From Nitrospirota bacterium (GTDB lineage: Bacteria > Nitrospirota > Thermodesulfovibrionia > Thermodesulfovibrionales > Dissulfurispiraceae), in the NCBI GenBank assembly GCA_040758355.1, contig JBFLWF010000014.1:1-64000 (forward strand): a stretch of DNA of 64,000 bases. Reading direction: 5' to 3'. Below the pieces are notes generated by a model that saw only the letters and a program-made list of their open reading frames with translations, was not told the DNA's origin and ran no database searches. This document shows, one piece after another, positions 18,704 to 29,259 of the stretch. Both the position numbers and the translations under genes were made by a program. The first letter of the stretch is position 1. Every line of letters starts with the position of its first letter.

Positions 18704-19152
18704 CTTCTTACAGTCTTCTCCTCTATGAGCGTGATTTTTTTGAGTCTGTTTGCATGCCTTCCGCCTTCAAAGGGTGTTGTCATCCATGTGCGGACTATCT
18801 CTTTTGCAAGGTCTTTGCCAATGATCCTGCCGCCGAGGACGAGGATGTTTGCATCATTATGGAGCCTGCTCATTTTTGCCGAGAAAAGCTCGTTGCAGAG
18901 GGAGGCGCGGATATTCGGGAATTTGTTTGCAACAATGGACATCCCGATCCCGGTGCCGCAGATGAGTATCCCTCTTTCTGTCTTTCCTGTTGAAACAGCT
19001 TCCGAGACCTTTTCGCCAAAGTCGGGATAGTCAACGGATTGAGGGGTATCTGTGCCGTAATCTGTGTATTCGTGTCCTAATTCCTTCAATACCGCAATTA
19101 TTTCTGTCTTCATCTCAAGACCGGCGTGGTCGGAACCGATGGCGATGAGCAT
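18700..19152 (-). CDS. rpiB: Ribose-5-phosphate isomerase B
   Basis: [25 protein letters not shown]. Confidence 0.96.
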   Translation of the reverse strand: MLIAIGSDHAGLEMKTEIIAVLKELGHEYTDYGTDTPQSVDYPDFGEKVSEAVSTGKTERGILICGTGIGMSIVANKFPNIRASLCNELFSAKMSRLHNDANILVLGGRIIGKDLAKEIVRTWMTTPFEGGRHANRLKKITLIEEKTVRR

Positions 19153-19284
19153 TTAGCCTCCGAGCTTTAAGCAATTAAGGGATTAAGTAGTTGGCAGTTA
19201 ACTACTTGGTTACTTAAATAGAGTATCTTATAAAAGAGATGTGATTGAAGTCAAGAAATGTTGTTAATGCATCATCCGGAGGTA

Positions 19285-19653
19285 TTAGTCCGCACCCTGA
19301 TTGTTTATCAGCCATGTCTCGAATTCCGGGAAATTTCTCCTGAAATGCATCTCGAACCAGCAGCGCTCTTTCTGCGTCCATTGAGGCCATGCGCTGTTCA
19401 GGAAGCCTGTTATATTTTTTATGATTGTATCGTCGTCAGAGAACACTGTGCTCTTAAAAATAGGGCCCCTCCCTGTAATGAGCCAATCGGGATTCACATT
19501 CAGTTTTTCATTTACACGATTTACAAAACTGACCGATGGTTCGCGGCCATTGAGATAGGTGTGAAGCGTTGTCGCAGGAATACCGAGGATATTTGCAAGT
19601 TCTTTTATTGTGCGGCTGCCTTTTATTATTTTTATCCTTGTTTTGTAGTCCAT
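19285..19653 (-). CDS. XRE/phage-CI-like HTH regulator
   Basis: ELANILGIPATTLHTYLNGREPS...VNPDWLITGRG. Confidence 0.8.
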   Translation of the reverse strand: MDYKTRIKIIKGSRTIKELANILGIPATTLHTYLNGREPSVSFVNRVNEKLNVNPDWLITGRGPIFKSTVFSDDDTIIKNITGFLNSAWPQWTQKERCWFEMHFRRNFPEFETWLINNQGAD

Positions 19654-19755
19654 GTTTCACCTCTCTTTTTATATTGTAAATTTTAGTTTACAAATGTGAA
19701 AATGTTGTGAATATCTGCTATTATTATAATTACAAAATATCACACAAAGTTATAA

Positions 19756-19785
19756 AAATCAAATCAAATCAAATCAAATAAAATC
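19756..19785 (+). repeat. Pentanucleotide repeat (AAATC)n upstream of the kinase
   Basis: AAATC x4, AAATA, AAATC. Confidence 0.85.
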
Positions 19786-19794
19786 GGGGAAGGA

Positions 19795-21411
19795 ATGAGA
19801 AGAATCTTTTTAATAATTCTCGGCTTTTTTCTTGTTATCACAACGGCAGGAATGCTGTTCATGGGCTCAAGGCTTTTTACGGTCAAGGAGAGGGTCGGAC
19901 ATCTGGCTGAGGCCCAGAAGAGCATGATCAAGCGCACAGAGCTCAGGGATATAATTCATGAGTTAAAGCATGCAGCCATGGGTGAGAAAATGTCCGAAGA
20001 CGAAATAATAAAACTTAAGGCGAGGGCAAAAACAGTTGTAGGGGAATGTTATGGATGCCATAGTTCCGGAAGTGTTTTCGGTTATATAAAGGACATAGAA
20101 AATAGGATTTCCATTTTTGATAAGGAAGTGACTGCATCCGATTTTTATCACAGGCCCGAAAAGGTGCTCTTCCCCGTAAATCTCATCATCCCCTTTGTTG
20201 AAGATTCGTACAGAAAGGCAAAATCCCTGGCAGACACGCGGATGGAAAGCGTGACCCATGAGCTTCACCGGATTAGATTGGCCGGTGTTACCATCGCACT
20301 TGCCGGATTTTTTCTGTTCATGGGCTTTTCGATTGTATCCCTGAAGCGGGTATCGAGACTCGAAACCGATGTTAAAGAAAGGGAGAGGGTCCTTCACGAT
20401 TGGGCAGAGCAGTGGCAGAGGACGTTTGACTCAATACAGGACATGGTCTTTATCATGGATAAGGACTGCAGAATCTCCATGATGAACGATACGGCCATGA
20501 AAACTTGCAAACAGTGCGCAAAAGGCAAAGGCATCGATGAAGCACTCGATAACGCTGTCAAAAAGGCATGTCAGTCTGTATGCAGGGAAGGAGCGGGTAA
20601 AGAGATTACATTAGGAAATAATGTTTTTACTGTGAGGTCTTTTAGAATGCACCCCGATGCCGATGAGGGAGGCTGTGTTTTAGTTATAAGGGATATAACT
20701 GCTGAAAGGGAGATGGAGTTAAGGATAATACAGGCAGAGAAGCTGGCTGCACTCGGACAGATGATAGCAGGGGTCGCCCATGAATTGAACAATCCCCTCT
20801 CTGCAATAAACGGATTCAGCGAGCTTTTGCTGAGCACTGCCGCTGATGATAATGTAAAGAATATGGCGGATAAGATCAGCAAGTCTGCTGAACGTGCAAG
20901 CAGCATTGTACATGACCTGCTTGTCTTTTCGAGGGCTCCCAAACTCGAGAAGGCTATGGTGAATATAAAGGGTATGATTTATGAAGTCGTAGACCTTGTT
21001 TCAGAGGCATTGCATGCAAGTAAGATAGATGTTTCAGTGGATGTTTCTGATGATATCGTGGCATCTCTGGATAAATCCCAGATGGAGCGGGTTTTGTTAA
21101 ACCTTGTCACAAACTCCATTCATGCCCTCAGGGATTCTAAAAGGGGCGACAGGATACTTTTAAAGGTCTATAAAGAAAATAATCGTGTGTTTATAGAGGT
21201 GTCTGACAATGGCCCGGGCATCCCCGGGAATGTCATACAAAAGATTTTTGAGCCGTTCTTCACCACAAAGGGATTCGGGAAAGGGACAGGGCTTGGTTTG
21301 AGCATCTGTTATAACATTGTCAGGGCGCATGGCGGAAATATAAGTGTAAATAGCAAAGAAGGTGAAGGAACCGCCTTTGTTATAGAATTACCGTATCAGG
21401 AACTCCAGTAG
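19795..21411 (+). CDS. Orphan sensor histidine kinase (periplasmic CXXCH, PAS, HisKA, HATPase)
   Basis: CYGCH between two TM helices; AHELNNPL; GKGTGLGL. Confidence 0.9.
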   Translation: MRRIFLIILGFFLVITTAGMLFMGSRLFTVKERVGHLAEAQKSMIKRTELRDIIHELKHAAMGEKMSEDEIIKLKARAKTVVGECYGCHSSGSVFGYIKDIENRISIFDKEVTASDFYHRPEKVLFPVNLIIPFVEDSYRKAKSLADTRMESVTHELHRIRLAGVTIALAGFFLFMGFSIVSLKRVSRLETDVKERERVLHDWAEQWQRTFDSIQDMVFIMDKDCRISMMNDTAMKTCKQCAKGKGIDEALDNAVKKACQSVCREGAGKEITLGNNVFTVRSFRMHPDADEGGCVLVIRDITAEREMELRIIQAEKLAALGQMIAGVAHELNNPLSAINGFSELLLSTAADDNVKNMADKISKSAERASSIVHDLLVFSRAPKLEKAMVNIKGMIYEVVDLVSEALHASKIDVSVDVSDDIVASLDKSQMERVLLNLVTNSIHALRDSKRGDRILLKVYKENNRVFIEVSDNGPGIPGNVIQKIFEPFFTTKGFGKGTGLGLSICYNIVRAHGGNISVNSKEGEGTAFVIELPYQELQ

Positions 21412-22314
21412 CGCCTTTTCCGTATGAAGCCTGTTTTCGGCCTGGTCAAAGACAGCGCTGTTCGGGCCGTCCATAACCTCATCTGTTATCTCTTCGCCCC
21501 TGTGTGCCGGCAGACAATGAAGCACGATGACATCCTGTTTTGCACATTGCAGCAACTGGCTGTTTATCTGATAATTCTTGAATTTTGATTTTTTCTTCTC
21601 AGCCTCCTCTTCCTGCCCCATGCTTACCCATACATCTGTATAAATAACATCTGCCCTGCCTGCCGCCTCCTTAGGATTCCTGAGAATGATGATTTCTCCT
21701 GCATCTGCACTACTTCTTGCCCTGTCAAGGACATCGGGATTGGGTTCGTACCCTTCAGGACATGCGATGGTTATGTTAATCCCTGTCCGTGCTGCAGACT
21801 CTATTAAGGAGTTGGCTACATTGTTTCCGTCGCCGATATAAGCGAGGCGAATGCCTTTGAGCCTTCCTTTCTTTTCCATGATAGTCATAAGGTCTGCGAG
21901 GGCCTGGCATGGGTGATGAAAGTCCGAAAGACCGTTTATTACAGGGACTGTTGCATGGGATGCGAATTCCTCCACAGAAGAATGTGCGTATGTCCTTAGA
22001 ATTATTCCGTTTAGATACCGCGATAAAACCCGTGCGGTATCCGCTATGCTCTCTCCCCTTCCAAGTTGTATTTCCCTCGGATTGAGATAGATGGACTGCC
22101 CGCCAAGCTGATATATTCCCACCTCAAAGGACACCCTTGTCCTTGTCGAAGGTTTTTCAAAGAACAGGCCTATGCTCTTTCCTATGAGCGGGCATTTGTT
22201 TTTGTCAACGCCTGATTTTAATTCCAGTGCCCTTTTGATCAGATTTTCTATTTCATCTTTCGATAAGTCCCATATTGTCAGAAAATCTCGTTTTCCATCT
22301 ATTTGGCCGTTCAT
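21388..22314 (-). CDS. argF: Ornithine carbamoyltransferase
   Basis: STRTR, HPCQ, HCLP. Confidence 0.97.
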   Translation of the reverse strand: MNGQIDGKRDFLTIWDLSKDEIENLIKRALELKSGVDKNKCPLIGKSIGLFFEKPSTRTRVSFEVGIYQLGGQSIYLNPREIQLGRGESIADTARVLSRYLNGIILRTYAHSSVEEFASHATVPVINGLSDFHHPCQALADLMTIMEKKGRLKGIRLAYIGDGNNVANSLIESAARTGINITIACPEGYEPNPDVLDRARSSADAGEIIILRNPKEAAGRADVIYTDVWVSMGQEEEAEKKKSKFKNYQINSQLLQCAKQDVIVLHCLPAHRGEEITDEVMDGPNSAVFDQAENRLHTEKALLEFLIR

Positions 22315-23519
22315 TTGCCCAGTACCTCCTCCATGACATCCACTAAATGATCGATGTCCTTTTCTTCCACAAGCAGGGATGGGGTGAATCTCAATACATT
22401 GCCTGCCGTGCAGTTTATCAGGACGCCTTTTTCTGCGCAGGCCTTGACGGCAGGTGTCCCGTCCATTGTCAATTCCATTGCAATAATGAGCCCCTTTCCC
22501 CTGATATCCACAATTTTCTCAGGATAATCATCCTTAAGCTGGCTTAGTCTTTTTATAAAATATGCCCCCATTCTGTTGCAGTGGTCCAGGATAAACCCGT
22601 CCTCTAAAATCGCCTCAAGCGTTGCTATGGCTGCTGCACAGACCAATGGATTGCCGCCGAATGTAGATGCATGGCTGCCGGGCTGGAATGAGGCTGCAAC
22701 CCTTTCCGTGGCAAGCATGGCGCCTATTGGCACTCCTCCACCGAGTCCCTTTGCAAGGGTCATTATGTCGGGTGTTATGCCGTAATGCTCATACGCAAAG
22801 AGCCTTCCGGTCCTTCCCATGCCTGTCTGGACTTCATCCAGTATGAGCAGCAGTCCGTTTTTATCGCAGATCTCCCTGACCTTTTTAAAATAGTCATCGG
22901 AAGGAACCTTTACTCCTCCTTCTCCCTGAATGGGTTCGAGCATAACAGCGCAGGTGTTTGTGGTTATTGCGGACTGCAGTGCGTTTATGTCGTTAAACGG
23001 CACGTATCTGAATCCCGGCATGAGGGGCTCGAATCCCTTCTGGAATTTCTCCTGCCCTGTGGCCGTAACGGTTGCGAGCGTTCTTCCGTGAAATGAGTTC
23101 AGTGCAGTGATGATCTCGAAACGCTCCTGTCCGTAATGCTCCTTTGCATATTTCCTTGTCAGCTTTATGGCAGCCTCGTTGGCCTCAGCTCCGGAATTGC
23201 AGAAGAAGGCCTTATCGGCAAATGAGTGCGTACATAAAAGCTTTGCGAGCTTTATCTGAGGCTCGATATGGTAAAGATTCGATACATGCAGCAGCCTCTG
23301 CGCCTGCTTTTGTATTGCTATGACGACCTTTGGATGGCAGTGACCGAGGACATTTACGGCAATGCCGCCGACAAAATCGAGATATTCCTTTCCGTCAGAG
23401 CCCCAGACCTTTATGCCGCGGCCTTTTCTGAGGACTAATGGCTGGCGGTTGTAAGTGCGCATCAGATAGCGGTCCGAGTCCTCGATAAGCTCTTTTGCAA
23501 CGTTTTTCTTGGCTTCCAT
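22311..23519 (-). CDS. argD: Acetylornithine aminotransferase
   Basis: CNSGAEANE, SFHGRT, DEVQTG, AKGLGGG; adjacent to argF. Start placed at the ATG at 23519. Confidence 0.95.
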   Translation of the reverse strand: MEAKKNVAKELIEDSDRYLMRTYNRQPLVLRKGRGIKVWGSDGKEYLDFVGGIAVNVLGHCHPKVVIAIQKQAQRLLHVSNLYHIEPQIKLAKLLCTHSFADKAFFCNSGAEANEAAIKLTRKYAKEHYGQERFEIITALNSFHGRTLATVTATGQEKFQKGFEPLMPGFRYVPFNDINALQSAITTNTCAVMLEPIQGEGGVKVPSDDYFKKVREICDKNGLLLILDEVQTGMGRTGRLFAYEHYGITPDIMTLAKGLGGGVPIGAMLATERVAASFQPGSHASTFGGNPLVCAAAIATLEAILEDGFILDHCNRMGAYFIKRLSQLKDDYPEKIVDIRGKGLIIAMELTMDGTPAVKACAEKGVLINCTAGNVLRFTPSLLVEEKDIDHLVDVMEEVLGK

Positions 23520-23585
23520 AGGAGATGATAACACAACAACAGTAAATGGGTAAATGGGTGAATGATTATGTTATAATTTCGGACT

Positions 23586-24368
23586 ATGAAAATTGCGATA
23601 ACAGGCAAGGGCGGGGTTGGAAAGACAACACTTTCTGCAGTGTTGAGCCATTTATTCTCTGTTGATGGCAAGAGAGTTATTGCTGTGGATGCAGATCCCG
23701 ATGCGAATCTTGCGCAGGCATTGGGCGTTAAACTATCGGATATCGAGAAAATAAGGCCGATTGCCGACATGCCGGAATTGATAGAAGAAAGGACGGGTGC
23801 AAAACCCGGAAGCATGGGGGGGATATTCAAACTCAATCCGAGGGTTGATGACCTTCCTGAAGAAATCGGATACAAATTTAACGGCATTACCCTGCTCGTG
23901 GCAGGCAAGTCGAAGGCGGCAGCATCGGGATGCTACTGCCCTGAGAATGTCCTCCTGAGGAGGCTTTTAAAACATCTCGTTGTGGAGAGGGACGAGGTAG
24001 TTGTTGTCGATATGGAGGCAGGGATAGAGCATCTCACGAGGGGCACTGCAGAGGCGGTTGATGCCTTTATAGTTGTGGTGGAGCCTGGACAGAGGAGTAT
24101 CCAGACTGCTAATACAGTAAAGGAGATGGCAAAAGGGCTTGGAGTAAAGCACGTCTTTGTTGTTGCGAATAAAGTGAGGAGCGAGAGCGATGTCTCCTTT
24201 TTAAAGGAACACATAAAAGATATGGAATTTCTGGGTGCAATAAGGTTCGACCAATCGGTCATGGATGCCGATGTCAGGGGTGATTCCCCCTTTAGTGCTG
24301 CATCTGAGGTGGTCGAAGAGATCAGAGGGATAAAGAAAAAACTCGAAGGCTATCTCGGAAAGGGATAG
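23586..24368 (+). CDS. cooC: CO dehydrogenase/ACS nickel-insertion ATPase (CooC/AcsF)
   Basis: GKGGVGKT, DADPD, GCYCP, DMEAGIEHL. Confidence 0.93.
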   Translation: MKIAITGKGGVGKTTLSAVLSHLFSVDGKRVIAVDADPDANLAQALGVKLSDIEKIRPIADMPELIEERTGAKPGSMGGIFKLNPRVDDLPEEIGYKFNGITLLVAGKSKAAASGCYCPENVLLRRLLKHLVVERDEVVVVDMEAGIEHLTRGTAEAVDAFIVVVEPGQRSIQTANTVKEMAKGLGVKHVFVVANKVRSESDVSFLKEHIKDMEFLGAIRFDQSVMDADVRGDSPFSAASEVVEEIRGIKKKLEGYLGKG

Positions 24369-24376
24369 GATTCCTA

Positions 24377-24982
24377 TTGCTGACAGGTAAATCTGACATA
24401 AGAAAATACATTTTATCCCGCAGGGATTCCATACGTGAAGAAATCAGGAAGGACAAGGACAGGGAGATTAAAGAAAGGCTGCTGGCGCTTTCGGAGTTTA
24501 AGGCATCCCATAAAATTCTCTTATATGCCTCTTTCAGAAGCGAAGTTGACACCTTTGATTTGTTAAAATATTGCGTTGCACACGGAAAGGTAGTTGTGCT
24601 GCCGAGGGTTGATAAACAGAACAACGAACTGAAGATTTACGAGATAAAGGATACAGAGGAGCTTGTTAAAGGTTATTTTGGAATACCCGAACCCAATGTA
24701 TCTGCCGATATATCTGAAAGTAGAAGGATGAATGTTGAGCATATGGATTTAATATTAGTTCCGGGAGTAGCCTTTGACGAACAGTGCAACAGGCTGGGAT
24801 ATGGCAAGGGTTTTTATGATAAATTATTGTCAAGGGTCAGGGGTCAGGGGTCAAGTGTCAAGTGTTTAATTGCTTTGGCATATGAAGAACAGATAGTGGA
24901 GTCGATCCCTTCTGAATCGCATGATATAAGAATGGACAAGATAATAACCGATAAAAGGATTATAGAGTGTTATGGCCAATAG
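24377..24982 (+). CDS. ygfA: 5-formyltetrahydrofolate cyclo-ligase
   Basis: [18 protein letters not shown]...HD. Confidence 0.92.
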   Translation: MLTGKSDIRKYILSRRDSIREEIRKDKDREIKERLLALSEFKASHKILLYASFRSEVDTFDLLKYCVAHGKVVVLPRVDKQNNELKIYEIKDTEELVKGYFGIPEPNVSADISESRRMNVEHMDLILVPGVAFDEQCNRLGYGKGFYDKLLSRVRGQGSSVKCLIALAYEEQIVESIPSESHDIRMDKIITDKRIIECYGQ

Positions 24983-25541
24983 GATGGATAGCAAGAAGAT
25001 AGAAGAAGGCGTAAGATTAATCCTTGAGGGTATAGGCGAAGACAGGGAGCGTCCGGGCCTTAAAGACACGCCAAAGCGTGTGGCAAAGATGTTTGCCGAG
25101 ATATTCGCAGGGCTTGAAACGCCTGAAGAAGACCTGCTTAAACCCATAGAGGGGGAGAGCCACGACGAGATGGTTTTATTAAAGGATATACCCTTTTATT
25201 CTGTTTGCGAGCACCACCTCTTGCCTTTCATCGGGAAGGCGCATATTGCTTATATACCATCGGGAAAGATAGCAGGACTAAGCGAGCTTGCAAAGGCGCT
25301 GGAGCATCTTGCAAAGAGGCCTCAGGTTCAGGAGCGTTTGACAGCACAGCTTGCAGACATGATTATGGATAAACTCAAACCGAGGGGCTGTATGGTCGTT
25401 GTAGATGCCGAGCATCTATGCATGAGCATGAGGGGTATAAAAAAGCCGGGCTCAAGGACAGTGACATCGGCAGTGCGCGGGATATTCAGGAGCAAGCAGA
25501 GCACGAGGGAAGAGATGCTGGAATTGATAAAGAAACCATAA
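24972..25541 (+). CDS. folE: GTP cyclohydrolase I
   Basis: [26 protein letters not shown]. Confidence 0.96.
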   Translation: MANRMDSKKIEEGVRLILEGIGEDRERPGLKDTPKRVAKMFAEIFAGLETPEEDLLKPIEGESHDEMVLLKDIPFYSVCEHHLLPFIGKAHIAYIPSGKIAGLSELAKALEHLAKRPQVQERLTAQLADMIMDKLKPRGCMVVVDAEHLCMSMRGIKKPGSRTVTSAVRGIFRSKQSTREEMLELIKKP

Positions 25542-25561
25542 ACTAAACAAAGGGAGGATTC

Positions 25562-26428
25562 ATGTCAGCAGAATTGATCGATGGCAAGAAGGTAGCAGAA
25601 AGAATAAGGGAAGACCTTAAAAAAGAGGTGGATGAACTAAAATCAAGGGGTATTAATCCAGGTCTGGCAGTGGTTCTTGTTGGAGAGAATCCTGCATCAA
25701 AGAAGTATGTGGCTTCAAAGGAAAAGACATGCGGAGAGATTGGCATTAACAGCTTCGGCTATAAGCTTCCTGATACAACCACGCAGAAGGAACTCTTAGA
25801 TCTTATTGATAAACTAAATGCAGACCCAAAGGTCAACGGGATACTGGTACAGCTTCCACTCCCGAAGGGTCTCAACGAAAAAGAGGTCATGGACAGGATT
25901 TCTCCTGCCAAGGATGTGGACGGGTTTGGGCCTGATGCCCTTGGAAAGCTTGTTCTGGACGAGCCCGGATTCATCCCATGCACTCCCCATGGCGCAATGA
26001 AGATGCTTGAAGCCTATAACATAAACCCGGCAGGAAAACATGCAGTTGTTGTTGGAAGGAGCGTTATTGTTGGAAAGCCTTTGGCATTATTGCTTTTAAG
26101 AAAGAATGCAACGGTCACCATATGCCACAGCAAGACGCCGAATCTCAAAGAGGAATGTCTTAAGGCAGATATACTCTGCGTTGCAGTTGGAAGGGCAAAG
26201 ATGATTACAGGCGATATGGTTAAACAAGGAGCGGCAGTTATAGACATAGGCATAAATGTCACCCCTGAGGGAAAGATAGTTGGAGATGTGGATTTCGATG
26301 CTGCAAAGGAGAGGGCAGGATATATAACACCCGTTCCGGGCGGTGCAGGGCCTATGACCATTGCAATGCTGATGTATAACACTGTTCTTGCTGCCAGGAT
26401 GCAGGCAGGCATGAAGGTGGAGATATAA
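25562..26428 (+). CDS. folD: Methylene-THF dehydrogenase/cyclohydrolase
   Basis: [24 protein letters not shown]. Confidence 0.97.
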   Translation: MSAELIDGKKVAERIREDLKKEVDELKSRGINPGLAVVLVGENPASKKYVASKEKTCGEIGINSFGYKLPDTTTQKELLDLIDKLNADPKVNGILVQLPLPKGLNEKEVMDRISPAKDVDGFGPDALGKLVLDEPGFIPCTPHGAMKMLEAYNINPAGKHAVVVGRSVIVGKPLALLLLRKNATVTICHSKTPNLKEECLKADILCVAVGRAKMITGDMVKQGAAVIDIGINVTPEGKIVGDVDFDAAKERAGYITPVPGGAGPMTIAMLMYNTVLAARMQAGMKVEI

Positions 26429-26452
26429 AATAAAGGATGTAAGGAGCAAGAG

Positions 26453-27130
26453 ATGATAATTACAAAAAAGCGCGACTTTCAGGAATTAATGGAGAATATA
26501 AAGAACTACAGGAGCTTCTTCCTTATAGGGTGCTCTGAGTGTGCAAGCCTCTGTGGCACAGGCAATCAGGAGGCGATAGACGCATTGACAGAGGCATTAA
26601 AGGCAGAAGGTAAAGAGGTTACAGGCGGTTTTGTTGCAAAGACAGGCTGTCAGGTGCTCGGAACAAAAATTGAATTGAAGCCTTTTAAAGATGCCCTCGA
26701 TAAGACAGAGTGCATCCTTATCATGTCATGCGGTGCAGGTACGCAGGCTGCTGTTGAGATATTCGAGGACAAGCCTGTTTATGCGACGAATGACAGTCTG
26801 TTCCTCGGGAATATGACAAGGTTTCAGATGTTTGACGAGAGGTGCTCGTTGTGCGGCAAGTGTATTCTCGATAAGACAGGCGGCATTTGTCCTGTAACTG
26901 CATGTCCAAAGGGTATTTTGAACGGGCCTTGCGGAGGATGCAAGGACGGCAAATGCGAGGTTAGCCCTGATATCAAATGCGCATGGGTGAGGATATATGA
27001 GAGGATGAAGAGGCTTGACAGGCTTCAGGAGCTTTGCGATACAGCACTTGAGGCAAAGGACTGGTCAGCGAACATAAAGCCGAGAACTCTTGTTACAAGG
27101 CCGGAGAAGAAGGAGGAAAAGAAGAAATGA
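26453..27130 (+). CDS. metV: Methylene-THF reductase small Fe-S/Zn subunit (MetV)
   Basis: CSLCGKC...GICPVTACPKGILNGPCGG...CEV...CAW; overlaps metF. Confidence 0.88.
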   Translation: MIITKKRDFQELMENIKNYRSFFLIGCSECASLCGTGNQEAIDALTEALKAEGKEVTGGFVAKTGCQVLGTKIELKPFKDALDKTECILIMSCGAGTQAAVEIFEDKPVYATNDSLFLGNMTRFQMFDERCSLCGKCILDKTGGICPVTACPKGILNGPCGGCKDGKCEVSPDIKCAWVRIYERMKRLDRLQELCDTALEAKDWSANIKPRTLVTRPEKKEEKKK

Positions 27131-28008
27131 GCTTCAAGGATATATTGAATTCAGGAAAATTTGTCGTAACTGCAGAGGTTGGCCCTCCAAAGGGCACTGA
27201 TATAAAGGAGATGATCCACCATATCGAGCTTTTAAAAGACAAGGTGGATGCATTGAATGTTACCGATAACCAGTCTGCTGTGATGCGCATATGCTCCATG
27301 GCAGTGTGCAAAATAGCCATTGAGCATGGTGTTGAGCCTATACTCCAGATGACATGCAGGGACAGGAACAGGATAGGCCTTCAGTCAGACCTCCTTGGCG
27401 CAAATATCCTCGGAATAAAAAATGTCCTGTGCATGACAGGAGACCATGTGCTTGCAGGTGACCACAAGCAGGCAAAGCCTGTCTATGATATGGAGTCTGT
27501 GCAGCTTCTTAATGTTGTTAATTCATTAAACAATGGAAAGGACATGGCAGGCAATGATTTGAAGGGCGCAACAGACTTCTTTCAGGGCGCTGTTGTAACT
27601 CCCGAGGCAAACCCGCTTGAGCCCCAGCTCATAAAATTCGAGAAAAAGGTAAGGGCAGGCGCAAAATTCTTCCAAACACAGGCGATTTATGATATAAATA
27701 AGTTTAAAGAGTTTATGAGTTATGCGAGGAAGTTCCCGATCAAGATACTTGCAGGAATTGTTGTTTTAAAGAGCGCGGGAATGGCCAATTTCATAAACAA
27801 CAATGTACCGGGCATAAGGGTGCCTCAGGAGCTTATAGATGAGTTAAAGGCTGCAGGCAAGGAGAAGGCACTGGATACAGGACTTAATATAGCGGCAAGG
27901 CATATAAGGCAGCTCAAAGATGAGAATATATGTGACGGTGTTCATATAATGGCCATCGGCATGGAAGATAAGGTGCCGATAATTATGGAGCGGGCAGGAT
28001 TATTATAA
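27127..28008 (+). CDS. metF: Methylene-THF reductase
   Basis: AEVGPPKG, NVTDNQ, TCRDRN, FFQTQ. Confidence 0.95.
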   Translation: MSFKDILNSGKFVVTAEVGPPKGTDIKEMIHHIELLKDKVDALNVTDNQSAVMRICSMAVCKIAIEHGVEPILQMTCRDRNRIGLQSDLLGANILGIKNVLCMTGDHVLAGDHKQAKPVYDMESVQLLNVVNSLNNGKDMAGNDLKGATDFFQGAVVTPEANPLEPQLIKFEKKVRAGAKFFQTQAIYDINKFKEFMSYARKFPIKILAGIVVLKSAGMANFINNNVPGIRVPQELIDELKAAGKEKALDTGLNIAARHIRQLKDENICDGVHIMAIGMEDKVPIIMERAGLL

Positions 28009-28017
28009 GGGGGGCGT

Positions 28018-29232
28018 ATGCCTACAACCTTTAAATGGGCCGGAAAGACCCTGAGGGGGGAGCCAAAGAGCGGCGAGATTACCGCCAGCACAAAGGACGA
28101 GGTTGTCTCGGCTTTAAGAAGGCAGGGCATACTACCCACAGTTATTACCGAAACAGCGCCATCCAAAAAACTCTTCGGGCCCAAAAAACAGAAAATTACA
28201 GACAAAGATATAGTTATCTTCACACGTCAGTTTGCCACAATGTTTACAGCAGGCATACCTATTGTTCAGGGCCTTGACATAATGTCAAAACAGGCAGAGA
28301 ACAAGACCCTCGGTGCAGTAATTGCCCAGATAAAGGCCGATGTTGAGACAGGCACAACACTTGCCGATGCCCTTAAAAAGCATCCAAGGATATTCGATGA
28401 CCTCTATGTGAACCTTGTAGCTGCTGGTGAGGCAGGCGGCGTCCTCGATGCAGTGCTTATGAGACTTGCGGGTTATATCGAAAAGGCAATGAAGCTCAAA
28501 AAGAAGGTAAAGGGTGCAATGATATATCCTTCTATTGTCATATCTGTGGCTGTACTTGTTATTGCAATAATCATGATATGGGTCATTCCAATATTCTCGA
28601 AGATTTTTACAGAGATGGGTGCAAAACTTCCGGGGCCTACAAGGAGCGTTATATGGTTGAGTAATTTTCTGGGAGGCATAGGTGGTGTGGTAATACTTGG
28701 CGGTCTGATATCGACAATCTTCGGGATAAAACAGTATAGAGGAACCGAGGCCGGAAGAAAAAATACCGACAGATTTTTACTAAAAATGCCTGTAATTGGA
28801 GACCTCCTGAGAAAGGTTGCCGTTGCAAGGTTTACGAGGACTCTCGGCACCCTCATTAGCAGCGGTGTTCCTATACTTGACGCACTCGATATATGCGCAA
28901 GGTCGTCAGGAAATAAGGTCGTGGAGGAAGTTGTTTTTGAGGTTAAAAGGGAAGTGGCATCTGGTAAGACAGTTGCAGAGCCTCTTTCGAAGACAGAGGT
29001 CTTTCCGCCTATGGTTACACAGATGATAAATGTGGGTGAATCAACCGGCGCCCTTGACCAGATGCTTATAAAGATAGCGGATTTTTATGATGATGAAGTG
29101 GATAATGCCGTTGCAAACCTCACAACAATGCTGGAGCCGATGTTGATGGTCTTTTTAGGGACAACTATTGGCTATATTGTTGTAGCCCTTTACCTGCCCA
29201 TATTCAAGATGGGAGAAGTCATCGGGAAGTAG
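28018..29232 (+). CDS. pilC: Type IV pilus platform protein
   Basis: FTRQFATM, GEAGG, GESTG; two T2SSF domains. Confidence 0.95.
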   Translation: MPTTFKWAGKTLRGEPKSGEITASTKDEVVSALRRQGILPTVITETAPSKKLFGPKKQKITDKDIVIFTRQFATMFTAGIPIVQGLDIMSKQAENKTLGAVIAQIKADVETGTTLADALKKHPRIFDDLYVNLVAAGEAGGVLDAVLMRLAGYIEKAMKLKKKVKGAMIYPSIVISVAVLVIAIIMIWVIPIFSKIFTEMGAKLPGPTRSVIWLSNFLGGIGGVVILGGLISTIFGIKQYRGTEAGRKNTDRFLLKMPVIGDLLRKVAVARFTRTLGTLISSGVPILDALDICARSSGNKVVEEVVFEVKREVASGKTVAEPLSKTEVFPPMVTQMINVGESTGALDQMLIKIADFYDDEVDNAVANLTTMLEPMLMVFLGTTIGYIVVALYLPIFKMGEVIGK

Positions 29233-29259
29233 GCAATGGGCGATAGGACAACCTATAGC

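Noticed and set aside
24360..24380. 6S RNA upstream of ygfA
   Set aside because: Only 8 bp separate cooC and ygfA.
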